Source of the DNA: Eledone cirrhosa
Lineage: Eukaryota
Direction of reading: 5' to 3'
NCBI GenBank assembly: GCA_964016885.1
Contig: OZ024741.1
Coordinates: 284,642,001 to 284,706,000, forward strand
DNA: 64,000 bases
Of the stretch, positions 12,604-27,212 are shown piece by piece. How positions within the stretch are numbered: position 1 is the stretch's first letter; every line of letters begins with the position of its first letter. The notes under the pieces were generated by a model. It had not been told where the DNA came from. It ran no database searches and was given only the letters and a program-made list of their open reading frames with translations. The position numbers and the translations under genes are program-made.

Positions 12604-14412
12604 ATATACATCGGCTCCTCGCCTCCGCTTCCCTTCTCCCTTACCCTCTATGATTCAGTACTACCCTGATTCGTGGTCTCCCCGGTTTCGAAACTGCAGA
12701 CTTTCAATATATATATATATATATATATGATGGGTATGTGTATAACTATAGCTATAGGTGGTTCGCCAGTTAAAGTACACAATGGTGTTACGAGAGTCCG
12801 TCACGTGTGGGGTTTATATTTCTATGTACATGTTTACATGTCTGCATATTAAAAAAATCGTATATTAATATACACATTGTTGTAGTCTCTGTTACCCACT
12901 TGTCTTCTTTCCTGCTTACTTGTGTGCGTGCGTATATATTGGCTTCTTTTATCTGAGTGATTGTAGTTTTCAGTATGTCTTTTCTTTATTGAAGGTAGCT
13001 GCGTGTGATGTGAGAAAAATGTTGCTGCTTTTGCTACAAGTCGATTGAATGAGTAGAGGCCTTACCTCGTTAATTCAAAATTAATTTAGTTTATTTTATT
13101 TAGACACAGCTCAGCTCTTAACAAAAATACCTATAGTAGAAATAATTCCAATTGAGATCATCCTTGTACGATATATCAGGGAATTATTTAGCTTGTTTAT
13201 TCATGACAATTAATTGACACATTTGCGAGACTTAGCTTCTGTTTCATTAGATCGAGCGATATCCTTTTGGAAATATGGCACCAGCCAATATATTGACGTT
13301 ACATTACGTGGAGCGGTGATTACTCTCTCCGGATATTTTTAGGAAGTAATGCAGCTGACAGCCTGTACTATACACTTATATGCCACAAAACAATTCTCCC
13401 TTGCTTGCTCATTTAAACCGTTTATTTGATTCCTGTAAGGAAATGGTTGACGTATGAAGCAGCGTGAAGTATGCATTACTTAGGGAGGAAGTGGATACAT
13501 TTCGGCAGGATCAACTAGCACTGTCACGGTTACATATATAGATTTATTTACATTATCTTCAGTATATTAAGGGTTAGGCAGCGAATCGTCAGACTCGTTA
13601 GAACGCCGGATACAACACTTTGCGATATTCATTCCGATTCTCTGAGTTCAAAATCTGTCGACATTCATTTTGATTTTCATCTTTTCGGGTTGATAATAAA
13701 GTACCAGTTCAGTACTGGGATCGAGTCTCCCTCTCTATCTCTTTTTCACTTCTCTCTCTCTCTCTAGAAGCAACCAACTGTATTCCGACCAGGAAAAAGG
13801 ATGTGCTCCGCTAGTTTTAAAAATGCTCAAGAAACGTTATATGCCACTATAATACACGTACGACTCCATCGGAAGTTACGTGTCATTACATACATAATAA
13901 GAATTAATACTGTAGCAGTAATACAACTTCACTGTATGTACATATTTCGTATTGCTTTTAGGTTAGTACAGTATTAAAAACTGGAGTAAAGGGAGTAAAA
14001 GAGACTGCAACAATGTGTATATCAATATACGCATCTTTTAATGTGTAGGCATTTAAACATTCCAGAAAATGCAAATTTCCATGTAAATTGAGAAAATGGT
14101 AAATAGCTTTAATCAATTTTCGCACCTAGATGGATCCTCGTCAGAAAGCGTGTATATAATCTAAACAACCAAAATGTATATATTTATATACATTGTTCGA
14201 GTTTCGCTTACCTACTCTGTATATACACAAATATAACTTTATTGCACACTTCGGCTGCTTAGCTCACCTTTTCATTAATCATTTGCAAATTAGTACGTCT
14301 ATTTCAGAATATAATTAAGATCGAATCGGTATATAAGCTCATCAAATAGGCGTTTCCTAGTGACTGTTTAGATTATATACACACTTTATATATATATATA
14401 TATATATATATA

Positions 14413-14489
<77 letters not shown>

Positions 14490-14493
<4 letters not shown>

Positions 14494-15511
14494 AAAAAAC
14501 GGAGTTAAAGACTGATTAATCCGCTATAATTTAATGAGCTCAAGGAATAGATACCGGGCTCTTTATACGACAGTATACAGTATATAGAGAAAAATACACA
14601 AAGAGGCATGTGTTAAATTATAGGGATATAATACCACCAGAGTGAAAATCATATCTACAAATAGAATGGAAAATTCATAAAAATTAAAAGGATAAATTAA
14701 AATGTGCAGACCATTCTTTATATAATTATATATCCTGGACATGCGGTAAGCATGTTTCGCCACGAATAAAGTGTAGAATAAAACAGCCGAGGGCTTATCA
14801 ACAGGAGGAACAACAGTATGATCCACACTTCTAGTAATATATAAGATAACTAGTTAGAGCGCATAGTGTAAAGAAAAAAAAAACAGGCGCGCTATACAGG
14901 GACAGCTATCCGGGGAAAAAACCAAAAAGACGCAGACAATAACGAAGAGAACAACAAAAAAAAGAAGAAAACGAAAAAGAAAGACATACCGATAGAGAAG
15001 AGGAAACATGACACAGCACTACATGTAATTTGCAGTAACCGGAAGGAGAGAGGGGGAAGTTAATACAGAGACCGAACATAAGTCCTGAACCCGTACTAAC
15101 AGCACGAGGGGGAGCGAAGAAAAAACGTCTGATCATAGCGAGAATAGGCACAAAGTGAAAGAGGCGAAGAAAAACGGAAGTGATTAGGGGGAAGTGGTAA
15201 GGGAGCAGAGAGAGAAGGGGAGAAAGGAAATAGATGGTAAGAGAGAAAGAGAATAAGTGAGTAGAAGAGAGAAGGGAGAGAAAGAAAAAGAAAGAGAGAG
15301 AAAGGAAGAAGGAAAAGAGTTAATCCAAAATGGCTGAACTTAAGTTTCAAATTCCTCCAAATTCCCCGGATAGCTGTCCCTATTAGTTATCATCTCACAG
15401 TGGTGAGATGTACTGTCTTTAATGCGTTCAAGACATCAGTGACCCGCAGAAGACAGCCGATAAGCGGGTATTGTCTTTGTGTTTATGTGTGTGTTTCTCT
15501 TACGTTTTCTA

Positions 15512-15512
<1 letters not shown>
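14490..15512 (-). mobile_element. Non-coding PLE-type terminal segment between (TA)n tracts
   Basis: Bounded by (TA)n on both sides and carries the HHR at 14733-14806. Confidence 0.55.
14733..14806 (-). ncRNA. Hammerhead ribozyme, U3-A8 variant, 30-nt loop II
   Basis: TCCTG-TTGATAA-GCC(..)GGC-GAAA-CATGC(ttacc)GCATG-TC-CAGGA. Confidence 0.8.
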
Positions 15513-15559
<47 letters not shown>

Positions 15560-15561
<2 letters not shown>

Positions 15562-16605
15562 GACGTGCGGAATAACAATTGCACCACCCCGCGTGCTGTG
15601 GGTTGTAATGGTGCTAACGACAGCTGCGGGAGCGTAGGTAACAACGTAGGCAGCAACATTGATAGCCTTACCGTGGGAAATAGATGGAAGCGCGACAGAA
15701 ATTGCAACTGCCGCGACAGAGGACGCTGCCCCCTTAGTGGATACTGCTTGACTGATAGGATTATATATAGATGCAATGTAAATAGCCACAATAGCGTTAA
15801 ACATTATATAGGGGCTACCTCCGGCCCGTTCAAAATTAGGTTTCGAACACATCTCCACTCTTTCACAAATAAAAAACTAAGACACTCCACTTCGCTCGCG
15901 GACTACATCACATCACTAAAGGACTTAAACATCAGCTTCTCCACGCACTGGGATATTGTCGGCAGGGCTGCACCGTACAACTTCAAGAGGAAGTGCGATC
16001 TTTGCCTCATGGAGTTCTACCACATCATAACTGCACCCCACAAGCTCATCAACATCAGAGATGAAACAGCGATAAGTTGTACACATCGTTTAAAAATATC
16101 CTTCTTCAGATGGGTTAAGGATGAGGAGTGAAACCGTGCACCGGATCTCCCTGCAACAAGTTTTAACACCCCGGCGGGCAGGCGCTGCAAAATAACACCC
16201 AGGAAAATAACCAGGCATACCAGACCCAGACTCAAACGACCCAGACAAACAGGTGCGGAAAAACAAACGTCTCAAAATAAACGTTGGTTACATGATCCTG
16301 TGCGTATCGACAATGGTAAGGTTGTAACCTCATCTTGAAACGGATACAAATTTGTCCGGGAAAGACTGCTTTAACACCGGCCAGAGTTACTTCCCTTGAC
16401 ATGCTGCAAAATCAAAACAAGCTATTTTTGCGAGCAATGAACCTTGACGTGAATTTAACCCCAAAAATTCTTTCCGAGCAATGTAAGGAACACTTTTGGT
16501 TATTTATGCCTTGAGAAGCCCAACTGGGCGAAACGTACGTAGGTGATGTTTTAAATAATCATGTTTTAACGGTTTATTCTCCGATTTCTTACTTTTCCAC
16601 GTATA
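15560..16605 (+). mobile_element. 5'-truncated Penelope-like element: open GIY-YIG domain (15565-16131) plus 3' terminal repeat
   Basis: CNCRDRGRCPL..CL..IIY..YIGATSGPFKIRFRTH..STSL..W..CDLC..E..LIN..CTH; HHR at 16507; (TA)n at both ends. Confidence 0.9.
16507..16545 (+). ncRNA. Minimal hammerhead ribozyme, U3-A8 variant
   Basis: TGCC-TTGAGAA-GCCC(aact)GGGC-GAAA-CGTACG-TA-GGTG. Confidence 0.8.
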
Positions 16606-16842
16606 TATATAGTAGCAGTAGCCGATGCCAGTCTATCTGAACCAGAAAAGCTATATGCAAATTACAATCGTCAGCAGTTGTTTTATACGCCAAATATATG
16701 TAAGCTATAGCTTATTCCGTTGATTAATAAAACTGTTAAAACATGAATGCCTGGCGTTTTCATGTATCTACTGAGATAGTTATGATGTATATGTGTTTGT
16801 TATACAGAATATGTATGTATATATATATATGGGAGGGGTGTC

Positions 16843-18407
16843 TACATACATACATACATACATACATACATACATACATACATACATACATACATACATA
16901 CATACATACTTACATGCATACATACATACATACATACATGATGGCTGCCCCCTCGTTATCGAGTATGGCCATTGCACGAGGAGAAAGAAAAAAAAAAAAA
17001 TAATAATAATAAATAAATAAATAAAAAAAAAAATAAATATATATATATATATATATATACATATACATACATATATATACACACACACGCACGCACATAC
17101 TCACACACATATACACACACACATACATTAATAACAATAATAATAATAATAATAACAACAATAATAATAACGACAACAACAATAATAATATACATATACA
17201 TATATATCTACACACACAGACACACACGATAGCAACTAACAGCGCTGCGATCGAATGTGGCTTTTTAGCCCAGCCAATGATCTAAAATGTCTTGCACAGA
17301 GTCGGCATCCAAAACATTCACTGGGAATAGTCGGCTGTGGTTGGAGTTCATGTACTTTTGCATGTCGCTTGAGCCCTCCTGCTGATTTACATTCTCTACC
17401 ACATGTTTGGCAAGCATGATGAGTAGCATCTATAACAGCAGCCTGGTAGTCAACCACTGGTCTTACTTTATGACTGCGAAGATGACTTTCGAGTCCAGCT
17501 TTGCTTAGGCAGAGTCTCGCACATACGCTGCATGTCAGCACCATAGGAGGACCCTCGCCGTCTGGAAGTGCAACAGCAATGCCCTTCCTCACATCCCGCT
17601 TTACTTTCTCGTATGCGATTCAAGATGCCTCAAAAGCAACTTTCCCTCATATACAGTCTTTCTCCATTTATTACGATCAGCAGCAACATTCTCCCATGTA
17701 TAAGCAGAGATGTTAGCGTCTTTCAGAGAGGCTTTCAAGGAATCCTTATACCTCTTTTTTGGTTTATGTGGCGGTCGTTTTCCTTTAACCAACTCTCCAT
17801 AAAAGAGTTGTTTTGGTATTCTAGAATCCTTCATCCTGGCAAGGTGACCACTCCAACGGAGTCGTTGCTTAAGCACAAAAGCTTCTATACTGTCACACAT
17901 AGAGCTTTCCAAAATCTCGACATCACTGATGTGGTCCCTCCAGTGAACGCCATGGATCCGTCTGAGACACATCTGATGGAAACGCTCCAATTGCTTAAGG
18001 TGGTGTCGATATGTGACCCAGGTCTCGCAGGCATAAAGAAGACAAGAGAGCACACATGCCCTGTACACCTTTACTTTTGTCCTCCTGCATATGTCTCGCC
18101 GACCCCAGAGTCGCCTTTCTAGCTTTCCGAAAGCATCACTTGCTTTCCTAATCCTAAGTGAGATTTCACTGTCAAGGTTGTTGTATCGATTGACAGTGCT
18201 TCCCAGGTAGACAAACTGATCAACCACACCAAGTCGTTTGCCATACACATAGATGTTTGGTTCAGTGTACTGCTTACCAGGGGCAGGTTGGTACATGACG
18301 GCGGTTTTCTTGAGACTGACAGTCAGACCTAGGGCAGTGCAAGCGTCTGAAAATGCATTCAAAATGTACTACATATCACTCTCTGTGTGCGCTACAAGAT
18401 CGCAATC
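16843..18407 (-). mobile_element. 5'-truncated RTE LINE of the same family as 1-3250, with three C2H2 fingers; 3' hairpin tail at 16937-16980 separated by microsatellites; (ATGT)n tail
   Basis: ORFs 17601-18362 and 17236-17592 are nearly identical to 1967-3250; tail GGCCATACTCGATAACGAGGGGGCAGCCATC. Confidence 0.93.
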
Positions 18408-18523
18408 ATACATACATACATACATACATACATACATACATACATACATACATACATACATACATACATACATACATACATACATACATACATACATACA
18501 TACATACATACATACATACATAC

Positions 18524-19666
18524 AATGGTGATGTGGATAGGCTATACTTCTCACGCAAGGAAGGTGGCCGGGGTCTAAAATCAATATTAACAACATATGA
18601 GATCCGGATAGTAACACTGAAGCAACATCTTCAACAGAGGAAAAAGGTTGGCAACCATCTTGTCCAGGTTTATGAGCATGAAAAAAAAAATATCATTAGA
18701 ATAGCGACTGATCTGGAGGAGAGATATGGAATAAAGCCTGATATAAATCTCTCACCCAGAGAAGTCGGAAGATCCTATTCAATGTTCAAACAAGATAAAA
18801 AAATTGACCAATTTACAGAAAAAGTTGTGAATGGATACTTGAGGCGTAAAACATAGACCATAGAGGGGATAAACCACTCAAAAAGCCTGGCATGGAGTTC
18901 CGACAAGTTTATGACATCACACCTTGGGGGATATCTCTATGCAATACAGGAACAAGAACTCCCTACCAAATATCTGCTGCACAAAAGAGGAGGGCCAGCA
19001 GCTGACAATAAATGTAGGCTATGTAAAACAAAGATCGAGGATGTAAGCCACATTGTTGCCAGCTTCGAAAGAATGTCATCTCGCTACTACCTCCCCATGA
19101 GACACGATGGGATAGCTAGAACCATCTGGAACGCACTTCGGATAACAAAATTAACAACAAAGGAGGAAGAATATATTGAGACAGATGGCACTAAGGAATA
19201 CTGGTGGAACCTGAAAATAAAAACTGCCACCAAATTAAAGCACAACCGGCCTGATATTGTTGTTTGGGACCACACATTGAAAACGTGTTCTGTTGTGGAG
19301 ATCAGCTGCCCACTTGATGTAAACGTTGTCAGAAAAATAGAGGAGAAGAAGGACATCTACGGACCATTGATGAGGAGTTTACAAATCCAGTATCCAAGAT
19401 ACACCTTTAGCTTCATACCCATCATTATTGGAGCTACGGGTTATATACCAACCCGCTTGGACCAAAGTATGACTGAACTTGGATTTGCGGACAAAAAGCG
19501 CAGCTCCCTAATTCATAGTCTACAAATGGCTCCGATAGCTGGCACCTTCAAAATTTGCAAAACATTCTTGCGATTCATGGGATGACAATTTTTTTTCTTT
19601 TACAACCTTGCCACCAGGAAGGTGGCCGGTCAAAAAAATATACTCGAAATTAAGAGAAAGAGATAA
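18524..19666 (+). mobile_element. 5'-truncated R4/Dong-type non-LTR element (RT C-terminus, CCHC knuckle, restriction-like endonuclease)
   Basis: RLYFSRKEGGRGL, AIQEQ, CRLC..EDVSHI, RHD, HNRPDIVVWD..EISCP; (CATA)n on both flanks. Confidence 0.88.
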
Positions 19667-19790
19667 CATACATACATACATACATATTACTAGGCAACGT
19701 CTTCACGAACCAAAGTATCGTCTTCCAGTTTTCCTTCGGTTGCAACGTTTTTCAAAATATTTACTTCTGCGTTCACAGATTTGTTTTTTT

Positions 19791-19841
19791 AGTTTCAGAA
19801 GATCCCGTTAAGGGCGAAAGGGGTGATTCTTTGCTTAAACT
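19791..19841 (+). ncRNA. Degenerate hammerhead in a ~160-nt TA-adjacent repeat; second copy 63097-63147 within 63097-63260
   Basis: AGTTT-CAGAAGA-tCCC(gttaa)GGG-GAAA..TGC-TT-AAACT; the two copies carry different lesions. Confidence 0.55.
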
Positions 19842-19949
19842 TTAATCTGTTAATTTAATAAATATTTTCTCTACGGTTTTTATATATTTGATATATATAT
19901 TATTGTTATCGAGCCCTCTTCGGAATTTAGTTTTCACATTTATTATTAT

Positions 19950-20021
<72 letters not shown>

Positions 20022-20134
20022 TGGCATACATGTAGATATATATATACATGAATAAATATCTATGCGTGGGGATGTATGTATATATATATATACAGGAATA
20101 CATAGCTTAACAACCACCCACTCGTTGCAACACA

Positions 20135-20267
20135 GAAATAGCCGTCGAAACGGCGTGAGCTCTGCCGTCGGAGTTTTGAAAATTTTCCTATTACCCACTC
20201 TACTACCCTAAGTATTGAGTACTTTGGTGTGTTTTGGTCGACCTGGTTTCTTACCACACTTCCTTCG

Positions 20268-20270
<3 letters not shown>
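20135..20270 (+). mobile_element. Short TA-targeted family carrying the 3' half of a hammerhead; members 25648-25706, 27082-27198, 28925-29117, 37110-37303, 40897-40993
   Basis: TAGCCGTC-GAAA-CGGC(..)GCCG-TC-GGGGTC..ATTACCCACTCTACTACCCTAAGTATTGAGTAC..CCTTCGTT then (TA)n. Confidence 0.8.
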
Positions 20271-20303
<33 letters not shown>

Positions 20304-20307
20304 TTGT

Positions 20308-20346
<39 letters not shown>

Positions 20347-20870
20347 CACTTGTGTACTGGAACAACGTGATATGAAGTATTTGTGTCCAATAACACGACG
20401 CACAACCTGGTCCAAGAATCGAACCCTTGGAATTATGATCTTAATACCAAAACTCTAACCACAAGGCCACACATTTTTGCGATAGGGAAACAAAAATATA
20501 ATAGATGCAAACATTTCAAAGTTTAGTTTTGACCAAGCGAAAGGGCAGTGGATTTAGCCTAGACAATTGATAGCAGCATGTTATTCATAAATAAATTATT
20601 GATCTATCTTAGATGGATGTGGATGAAAGAGCAAAACGAATATTAGCAGGACTCGAACGTGGAACATTAATAAACATAGTGAACAAAAGTATTCATAAAT
20701 GTGTCCTTATAACTCTCGATTATGAAGAAGCTAAGGAAATTAAAGTAAAGATCAACGGGTTGTAACAAGGAAAAGAAATAAAAACTGAAAATATGGTAAA
20801 AGAGAGACGGAAGGAGAGAAAGCGGGAGAAAGGGATATAGATAAATAGATAGTTACTAAAGAGGGAGAAA

Positions 20871-20978
<108 letters not shown>

Positions 20979-21049
20979 GGAGGGAGATAGATAGAGAGAA
21001 CGAGAGAGAGACTGAGGCGGGAAAGGGGGTATAGATAGATAGCTAAAGA

Positions 21050-24000
21050 TATATTTCATAATTTGCCACAAGGGCGCACAAGAAAAGGAGACAATACAAA
21101 GACACATGCCGGGGATTTTACATACAGTCGTGTAAAAATATTGAAACAAACAATTATAACAATCGAAATCCCCAATAGCGGAGAGGCGCCAGAAATGGGT
21201 TTAATACCCCGTCGATAGAAAAACCCTCAACTTCATGAGCGTGTTGTGCAAGTGCCCCCCTTCTTCCTTTTGCTCTCTTCTTTAACCTACAGGCTTATAA
21301 ACAGAGAAGGCCCAATCACTCGGGCCATTTTCGCTTCATTCATCCACCTTTCAGTAAATTTACTGGGGTGCAATGCCTCTCTCTCAACTCTGATTCTCCT
21401 TCTAACGTGATACTTAAAGAAGGGAATCAATTGTTGTTCGGAGAGAAAGACATCTGTTCTCAGTCCTCTCAATCTCGTCCACCATATAACCTCTTTCACC
21501 ATAACCACTGTACAGAGGAAAACTGCCTCTCTTTCGTTTTTGAAAGAGGCTGGCGGTTTGATCCTTACTATGGACTCGGCAGTCAACTGGATGTGTCCCA
21601 TACACAACAGCAGTTGTTATACATAGTTCCACAGGTCGTTTACGCCCGGGCAGTGTAAGACGGTTTCAATGTCCTGCTTGCATCTTGGACACGTCCTCTT
21701 GGAAGGATCCCTGCCGGGGCGCCTGTGCCTGTAGATCTTATCTCGAACGGGTAGAGCTCCTCTGTAGAGCTCCTCGGTAGCACTGCCAGGCCAGGGATCT
21801 CTGGAAGTTGTCCATAGGTCTCGGGCGGAAAGTCCTACCAAACAGACTGGTGAGCTCATCGTCTTCGACGCCTAGAGTCTCCCCGAGCAGGTCGTTGCAC
21901 TTGTAAAGTACTAAACCTCTACAGAATGTCGAAGTGGAGTCTCCACTGATTGCTGTGTCCGCTTGACAGGACTGTGAGTGCCTGGGCGCATTCAGTGTGC
22001 CAGGCGCCCATCTTCTTCGGTCTTCGCTTCACCCAGGACTGCAGCTCCGTCAGCAAGACAAGTTGTGGGAAGGCCTGTCTCACAAACGGTGCCCACACCG
22101 GTTGGTAGGTGAGGAATACCTGGAGATGCCGTAGATACGAATACTTGGAGATGCCATGGCATGCCCAGCCCTCCGTTGGAAGGGTGTTGACAGCAGACGG
22201 ATCTCCTCACTAGTGGAGCCTGCTTCTTCCACAGGAACTGGAAGAGCATGCGTTCCATCTTGGTAAGGTATTCATGGGGACAAGGCACGACAGTCAAGCG
22301 GTAGTAGATGACGGACGCTATGAAAGTGATCTCCACCTCCGCTCGACCTTTCAAGGACAGTTTGCACTCTGCCCATTTCTGGGTGAGCGCAAATACCTTG
22401 GTCATGACCTCGTTCCAGTTTTTTCCACCTGGACGTCTGGACTAAACCAGACCCCGAGCAATTTCACCGGTCCTTCCGTCCAGCGTCGGACGACGCTGTC
22501 GGACGGCATCGGTTTGCCTCTCCACATTCCGAGTTGCAAACCGACAGGTTTGTTCGGGTTCAGCTTTGCTCTTGTGAACTTTTCGTATTCCTGTAGCAGG
22601 TTGCCGATTACCTCGATTTCCGAGGTTTTCGACACCATTACCGTCACGTCGTCGGCATAAGCCGACGCCGCTTTTCGCAGTCCCGGTTCTAAAGGGGTGC
22701 CCTGCAACAGCTCCAACTTCCGCAGTAGTGGCTCTAGAGTCAATGCGTACAGAATGGAGGAGAGAGGGCATCCCTGTCGAAGGGAACGCGTGATTGCGAA
22801 CGGCTCCGATAGGTAACCGTTCACCTTGACCCTCGAGCAGATGCTGGTGTGCATCGCCTTGATCCAGCCCCTGGAAACGGGACCGAAACCGACCGCCTTG
22901 AGAACCGCTTCCAAGTATCGATGGTCGACCTTATCGAATGCCTTAGACTCATCTAAATTGATCAGAGCCGCACCTAAGCCGGGTTTACACCCCACACTCT
23001 CTATGATGTATCGCATGAGGTGGAGGTTGTCGTGCATGGACCTGGTCGGGATTGCACACGTTTGCGCTTTCCCTACAAGGTTTTCGACGACAAGCGCCAG
23101 CATCGTTTCTAGCACCTTGGCCAAAATCTTTAAATCTGTGTTGAGCAGATATATGGGCCTGAAATTGTTTATTTCGTCCCCCTTGTTTTCGTCTTTTCTG
23201 ATCTGCGTTACTACGCCCTTGCCTGCAGAACTGGGAATTGTCCCGTTCTGCTGCCAATTGCAGTAGACGGCATGCCTATGTAAAACTCATAGGGTAGACC
23301 ATCTAGACCGGGTGATTTGCGTTTCCCGCAGCGGCCCAGAGCGTCCCGTATCTCAGTGGCTGTGATCGGTCTTTCGCAAAACTCGGCGTCCATGCTCGAG
23401 AGACGCGGCAGGCCGTCGAGGTATGAACCAAAGTCCATTGCCCCGTTCGTTGCACCGTTGTTCTGCTCAAACAGTCGCGCAAAGTGCCGCCGAAAAGCCG
23501 CGCACATCTTCTTGGCGTCAAGTAGCATGCGTCCGTTTTGGTCTTTGAAAGACCGAATCGTGGACTTGTTGCCATTTTTCGCTTCTGCCAGTCGGGCCCA
23601 GCTAACAGCTTTTGCTCCCTCATTTCCTAGAGCACGTGATTTACTTCTGACCACGCAGCCTTAGTGTTTCGCGTCGAAGAACTGGTCCAGTGCCGTTCTC
23701 GATGCTAGCACTCTAGCTGCGTTGCCACTCCTAAGCGCTTCTTCTACCTTGGCTACTAGTTCTGTTTCTGATTTGTTTTTCTCTAAAGCTAATTCTCTGC
23801 TAAACCCTATCGATTATACTCTAATTGCTCTCTTGAGAGAGTACCACCATCTATTGTTGACCATGGCTCCCGTAAACTCTTGCTTAACTAATCTACTTAT
23901 CCGTTCACTGTAGGCTTTTCCGGCTGGCAACGACACGTTCAGCTTCCAGTATCCGGGTCCTTGTCTATGTATTCTATAACGGTTGACTAAGCAGACGACT

Positions 24001-25450
24001 AGTTTGTGCTCTGAATAGGCAACCATGTGCATTTGCGGACAGCTTAACATCTTCTTGTCCTTTTCTCTAATGAAAAACCTATCTAGATACGATCTAGATG
24101 TCCCTCTGTGATTTGCCCACGTCCACTGTGGGAAATCTAGTCGATATCTATCGGCCAGTTGGAATTGGCCGATTAGATTTTTGAGGCTGTTGCACCCCGC
24201 TCTGATTGGACATGCTTCCACATAGTCCCATCGTGCATCTAAGATACCATTCCAGTCCCCCACTAAAAGCAAGGAGCAAGACGTTCCCAGAAAAGACTCT
24301 AGACGCTTAAAGAAGTCTGGCCGCGATTGTGATTGCCCGGTCGGACATAAACAGCCACCAGTCTGAAGGCTCCACCTCCAATACTGTTCACGTCTAGGAC
24401 TACCAGTCTACCCTCCGGGTCCAAGTGTACTTGCTGTACTTCGAGATCCAGGTTCTTCCGAAACATGACAGTCACTCCCCCTCCACCTCCCGGCTGACAG
24501 AGAGATGCGTAGATCTCAAAGTCATTGAAGATCGGGGTAAGTTGCTGCCTGTTGTGGATTCTGGACTCGGTGATGGCTATTACATCTATATTGTGAGATC
24601 TAAGGTCGTTTAAAAGTTGGCCCTGTTTCCAGGGCATCCCTAGGCCACGCACATTCACGCTTCCAACTCGTAAGTCAGCCATGTTGGTGGAGAAGTGTTG
24701 GAGAAAAGGACGAAAAGGTGCACTTACCTTTTCGTTTCCTGGAGATCGGGTTGTTTAATCTCCATTTCAGTTCTGGTGGGGGTGTTGAGTGGGATGGGGA
24801 AACATTTCAACAGGACACGGTTTATTGGTTTTTGGCAGGGGTTGCTAACGTTCTGTGAAAATTGTTCTTTTAATTTCTGATAGGTTTCTATCGAAACCCT
24901 TATTAGTTTTAGGTGTGGTTGAGAGTCTGCTTTTACAAAAGTTTTCCACTCAGTTTCTACTTTGGGGTCTTGGGAGATGACCTCCATTAGGTTTTTGTTG
25001 TTTGTGTTAATGTATGTGTATTGTTGTGTTTTTGTTGTTGTGTTGTTTTGGTTTGTCGTTCATTTTGTAGTTTTCTTTTTATGTTTGGGGTGGTGTTGGT
25101 GTTTGTTTTGCTGGTAGGGGGAGGGGGGGGGGGTGATTGTCGTGGCGTTTTTGCTGTTGTTTGTGTTGGTGGTTGTGTGTTCGTATTGGTGATTGTTGTT
25201 TTTGTGGCTTTGTGGTGTCTCTTTTTTTGTTTTTTTTTATTTACGAGGCTCTCCTTCATCTTCACTTGGGGATGGAGAAGTAGCCTCGCCTGGTGATGAA
25301 TCGTCATCAGGGGCGTGTGGGAGGGGTATGTTGTGTGGTGATTGTGTGTTTGTGTGTATGATTGTGGTAGTGTTGGATGGACTGGGATGGGGTGGGACTG
25401 TGTTTTTCAGGGGAATTGTTTGTGTTTTTTTGTTTTTGTGTGTTGTTGTT
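21050..25450 (-). mobile_element. L1/Tx1-clade LINE, decayed (ORF1 remnant, APE, RT, C-terminal zinc knuckle)
   Basis: SVNVRGL, ITES, VGDWN, YLDR, SEHK, GPGYWKLN; SPGLDGL, LDESKAFDKVDH, RQGCPLS, AYADD; GGLG; CPRC..ETVLH. Flanked by (GA)n and (AGAT)n. Confidence 0.93.
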
Positions 25451-26914
25451 AGATAGATAAACAGATAGAGAGGAGATAGCTAGATAGATAAATAGGATGG
25501 AGGCGGATTATATAGATAGAGATAGAGATACGTAGGTAGATACCTATATAGATGTATAGATAGGTAGATAGATAGATAGATAGGTAGATAGATAGATAGA
25601 TAGATAGGTAGGTAGATAGGTAGATATATATATATATATATAGATATAGGAACGAGTAGGACCCCGACGGCTGAGCTGAAGCCGTTTCGACGGCTAATTC
25701 TGGACTATATATATATATATATATAGATAGATAGATAGATAGACACATAGGTAGAGATAGATAGATGGATAATGAAAAGCTGGTGAGTATACATAAACAG
25801 AAGCAACACTCTTTTAGCTTACGACTAAGCTAGGACACAGCTTAGAATTTTCAAAGAACTTTCTCCATTATAAAGACCTCAGGACTTATTTTTCAAGTTT
25901 AGAACAATTTTAATAATCTTATTTTTCTAGAATCGCTAAGTAACGGGAGATGGGCAAATAGTTAAACACAGATACGGACACAAACGCACGTGCGCACAGA
26001 TACATATAATGTGTTTTCTGCAACGTTTTCGTTTTCCTAATTTCACTAGCACCCCGAGGCTATAGTAGAAAACTTGCTCATGAATTCACACAACACAACT
26101 TAACTGCATGCCACATGGTTGCGAAGAAAACTCCTTAACTAGACAGCCATCATTCATAAGATATAAAGATAGACAGAACGGCTTAGCTTGTTGCAACCTT
26201 TTATTTATCATGTCTTCTTTCATTAGTATTTCTAACTAAAAATTTGATTGCACTGCATTAAATATATTCTATTGGCACTGAATTGTTGTATTTCATACTA
26301 TCACACTCGTTTTAACATTCCTATGAATAACAAAAAATAAAATCTACTCTAATTACTGGTATGGAGGCAACGGTCATCATCAGGCTGAAGACGCCTTATT
26401 ACATAGTTCCTGTTGTAAGTTGTGTGGCCTTGGGATTAGGGTGTTTGGCACTCGATCAAAGTGCTGAGCATTTATGTAATTTTATCCTAGAAATAAATCA
26501 TTTACATACCATTCTTATTTTTATCCACATTTATGTGTCAGTAGTCAACGGGAACTATAGGGTTTTTAAGCTATTAATACATCAAAACAGAAATTTTCCA
26601 GTTTGTATGACAGTTAATATATCTTGTAACCGTGGTATATATGGAATCCGAATCACGGACTCCAGAAATTAAATGCGTTTAACGCGATTACCGTCATTAT
26701 TGGTTGCATCCACCATACATTACCACACACAACACACAGTAGTTATGTATAAAGTAAGATATAACTATAGATATTCTGTCTTTCTTAGACTGTTGTTACC
26801 TTTCACTGATGTCTCTTTTCATTAGGATATCTAATGAAATAATCGATGGTTTTGCATTAGTTCTCTTCACTAACACTCAACCGTTTTCTTTCATAGTATG
26901 GAGTTAACTAAATA

Positions 26915-27062
26915 AATGGTTGCGTGGTTAAGGTGATAGCTTTGCAGTTACACTGTTTTGAGTTCACCTCCAACGGACGGCACCTTAGGTGAATACCTTC
27001 TATAGTCACACCTTTACCAAAGGAGTGAAATTTGATACATGAGAATTCTGTAGAAGCCCGTG
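26915..27062 (+). mobile_element. Degenerate tRNA-derived SINE family C; related copy about 26010-26150(-)
   Basis: TGGTTGCGTGGTTAAG..GAGTTCA A/B-box-like head and GTAGAAGCCCG tail. Confidence 0.5.
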
Positions 27063-27212
27063 GTATATATATATATATATATAATGGGAAAATGTATGAC
27101 CACGACAGCAAAACTCAAGCCGTTTCGACGGCTATTTCAGTCCAGAAATAGCCGTCGAAACGGCTTGAGCTCTGCCGTCGGGGTCATACATTTTCCTATA
27201 TATATATATATA

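Noticed and set aside
12279-13725. tRNA genes suggested by B-box-like motifs
   Set aside because: These are SINE heads followed by shared SINE bodies; no cloverleaf could be formed.
17236-17592. Stand-alone C2H2 zinc-finger host gene
   Set aside because: It is contiguous with RTE RT sequence here and at 3028-3250, with a related tail at 43.3 kb; it belongs to the LINE.
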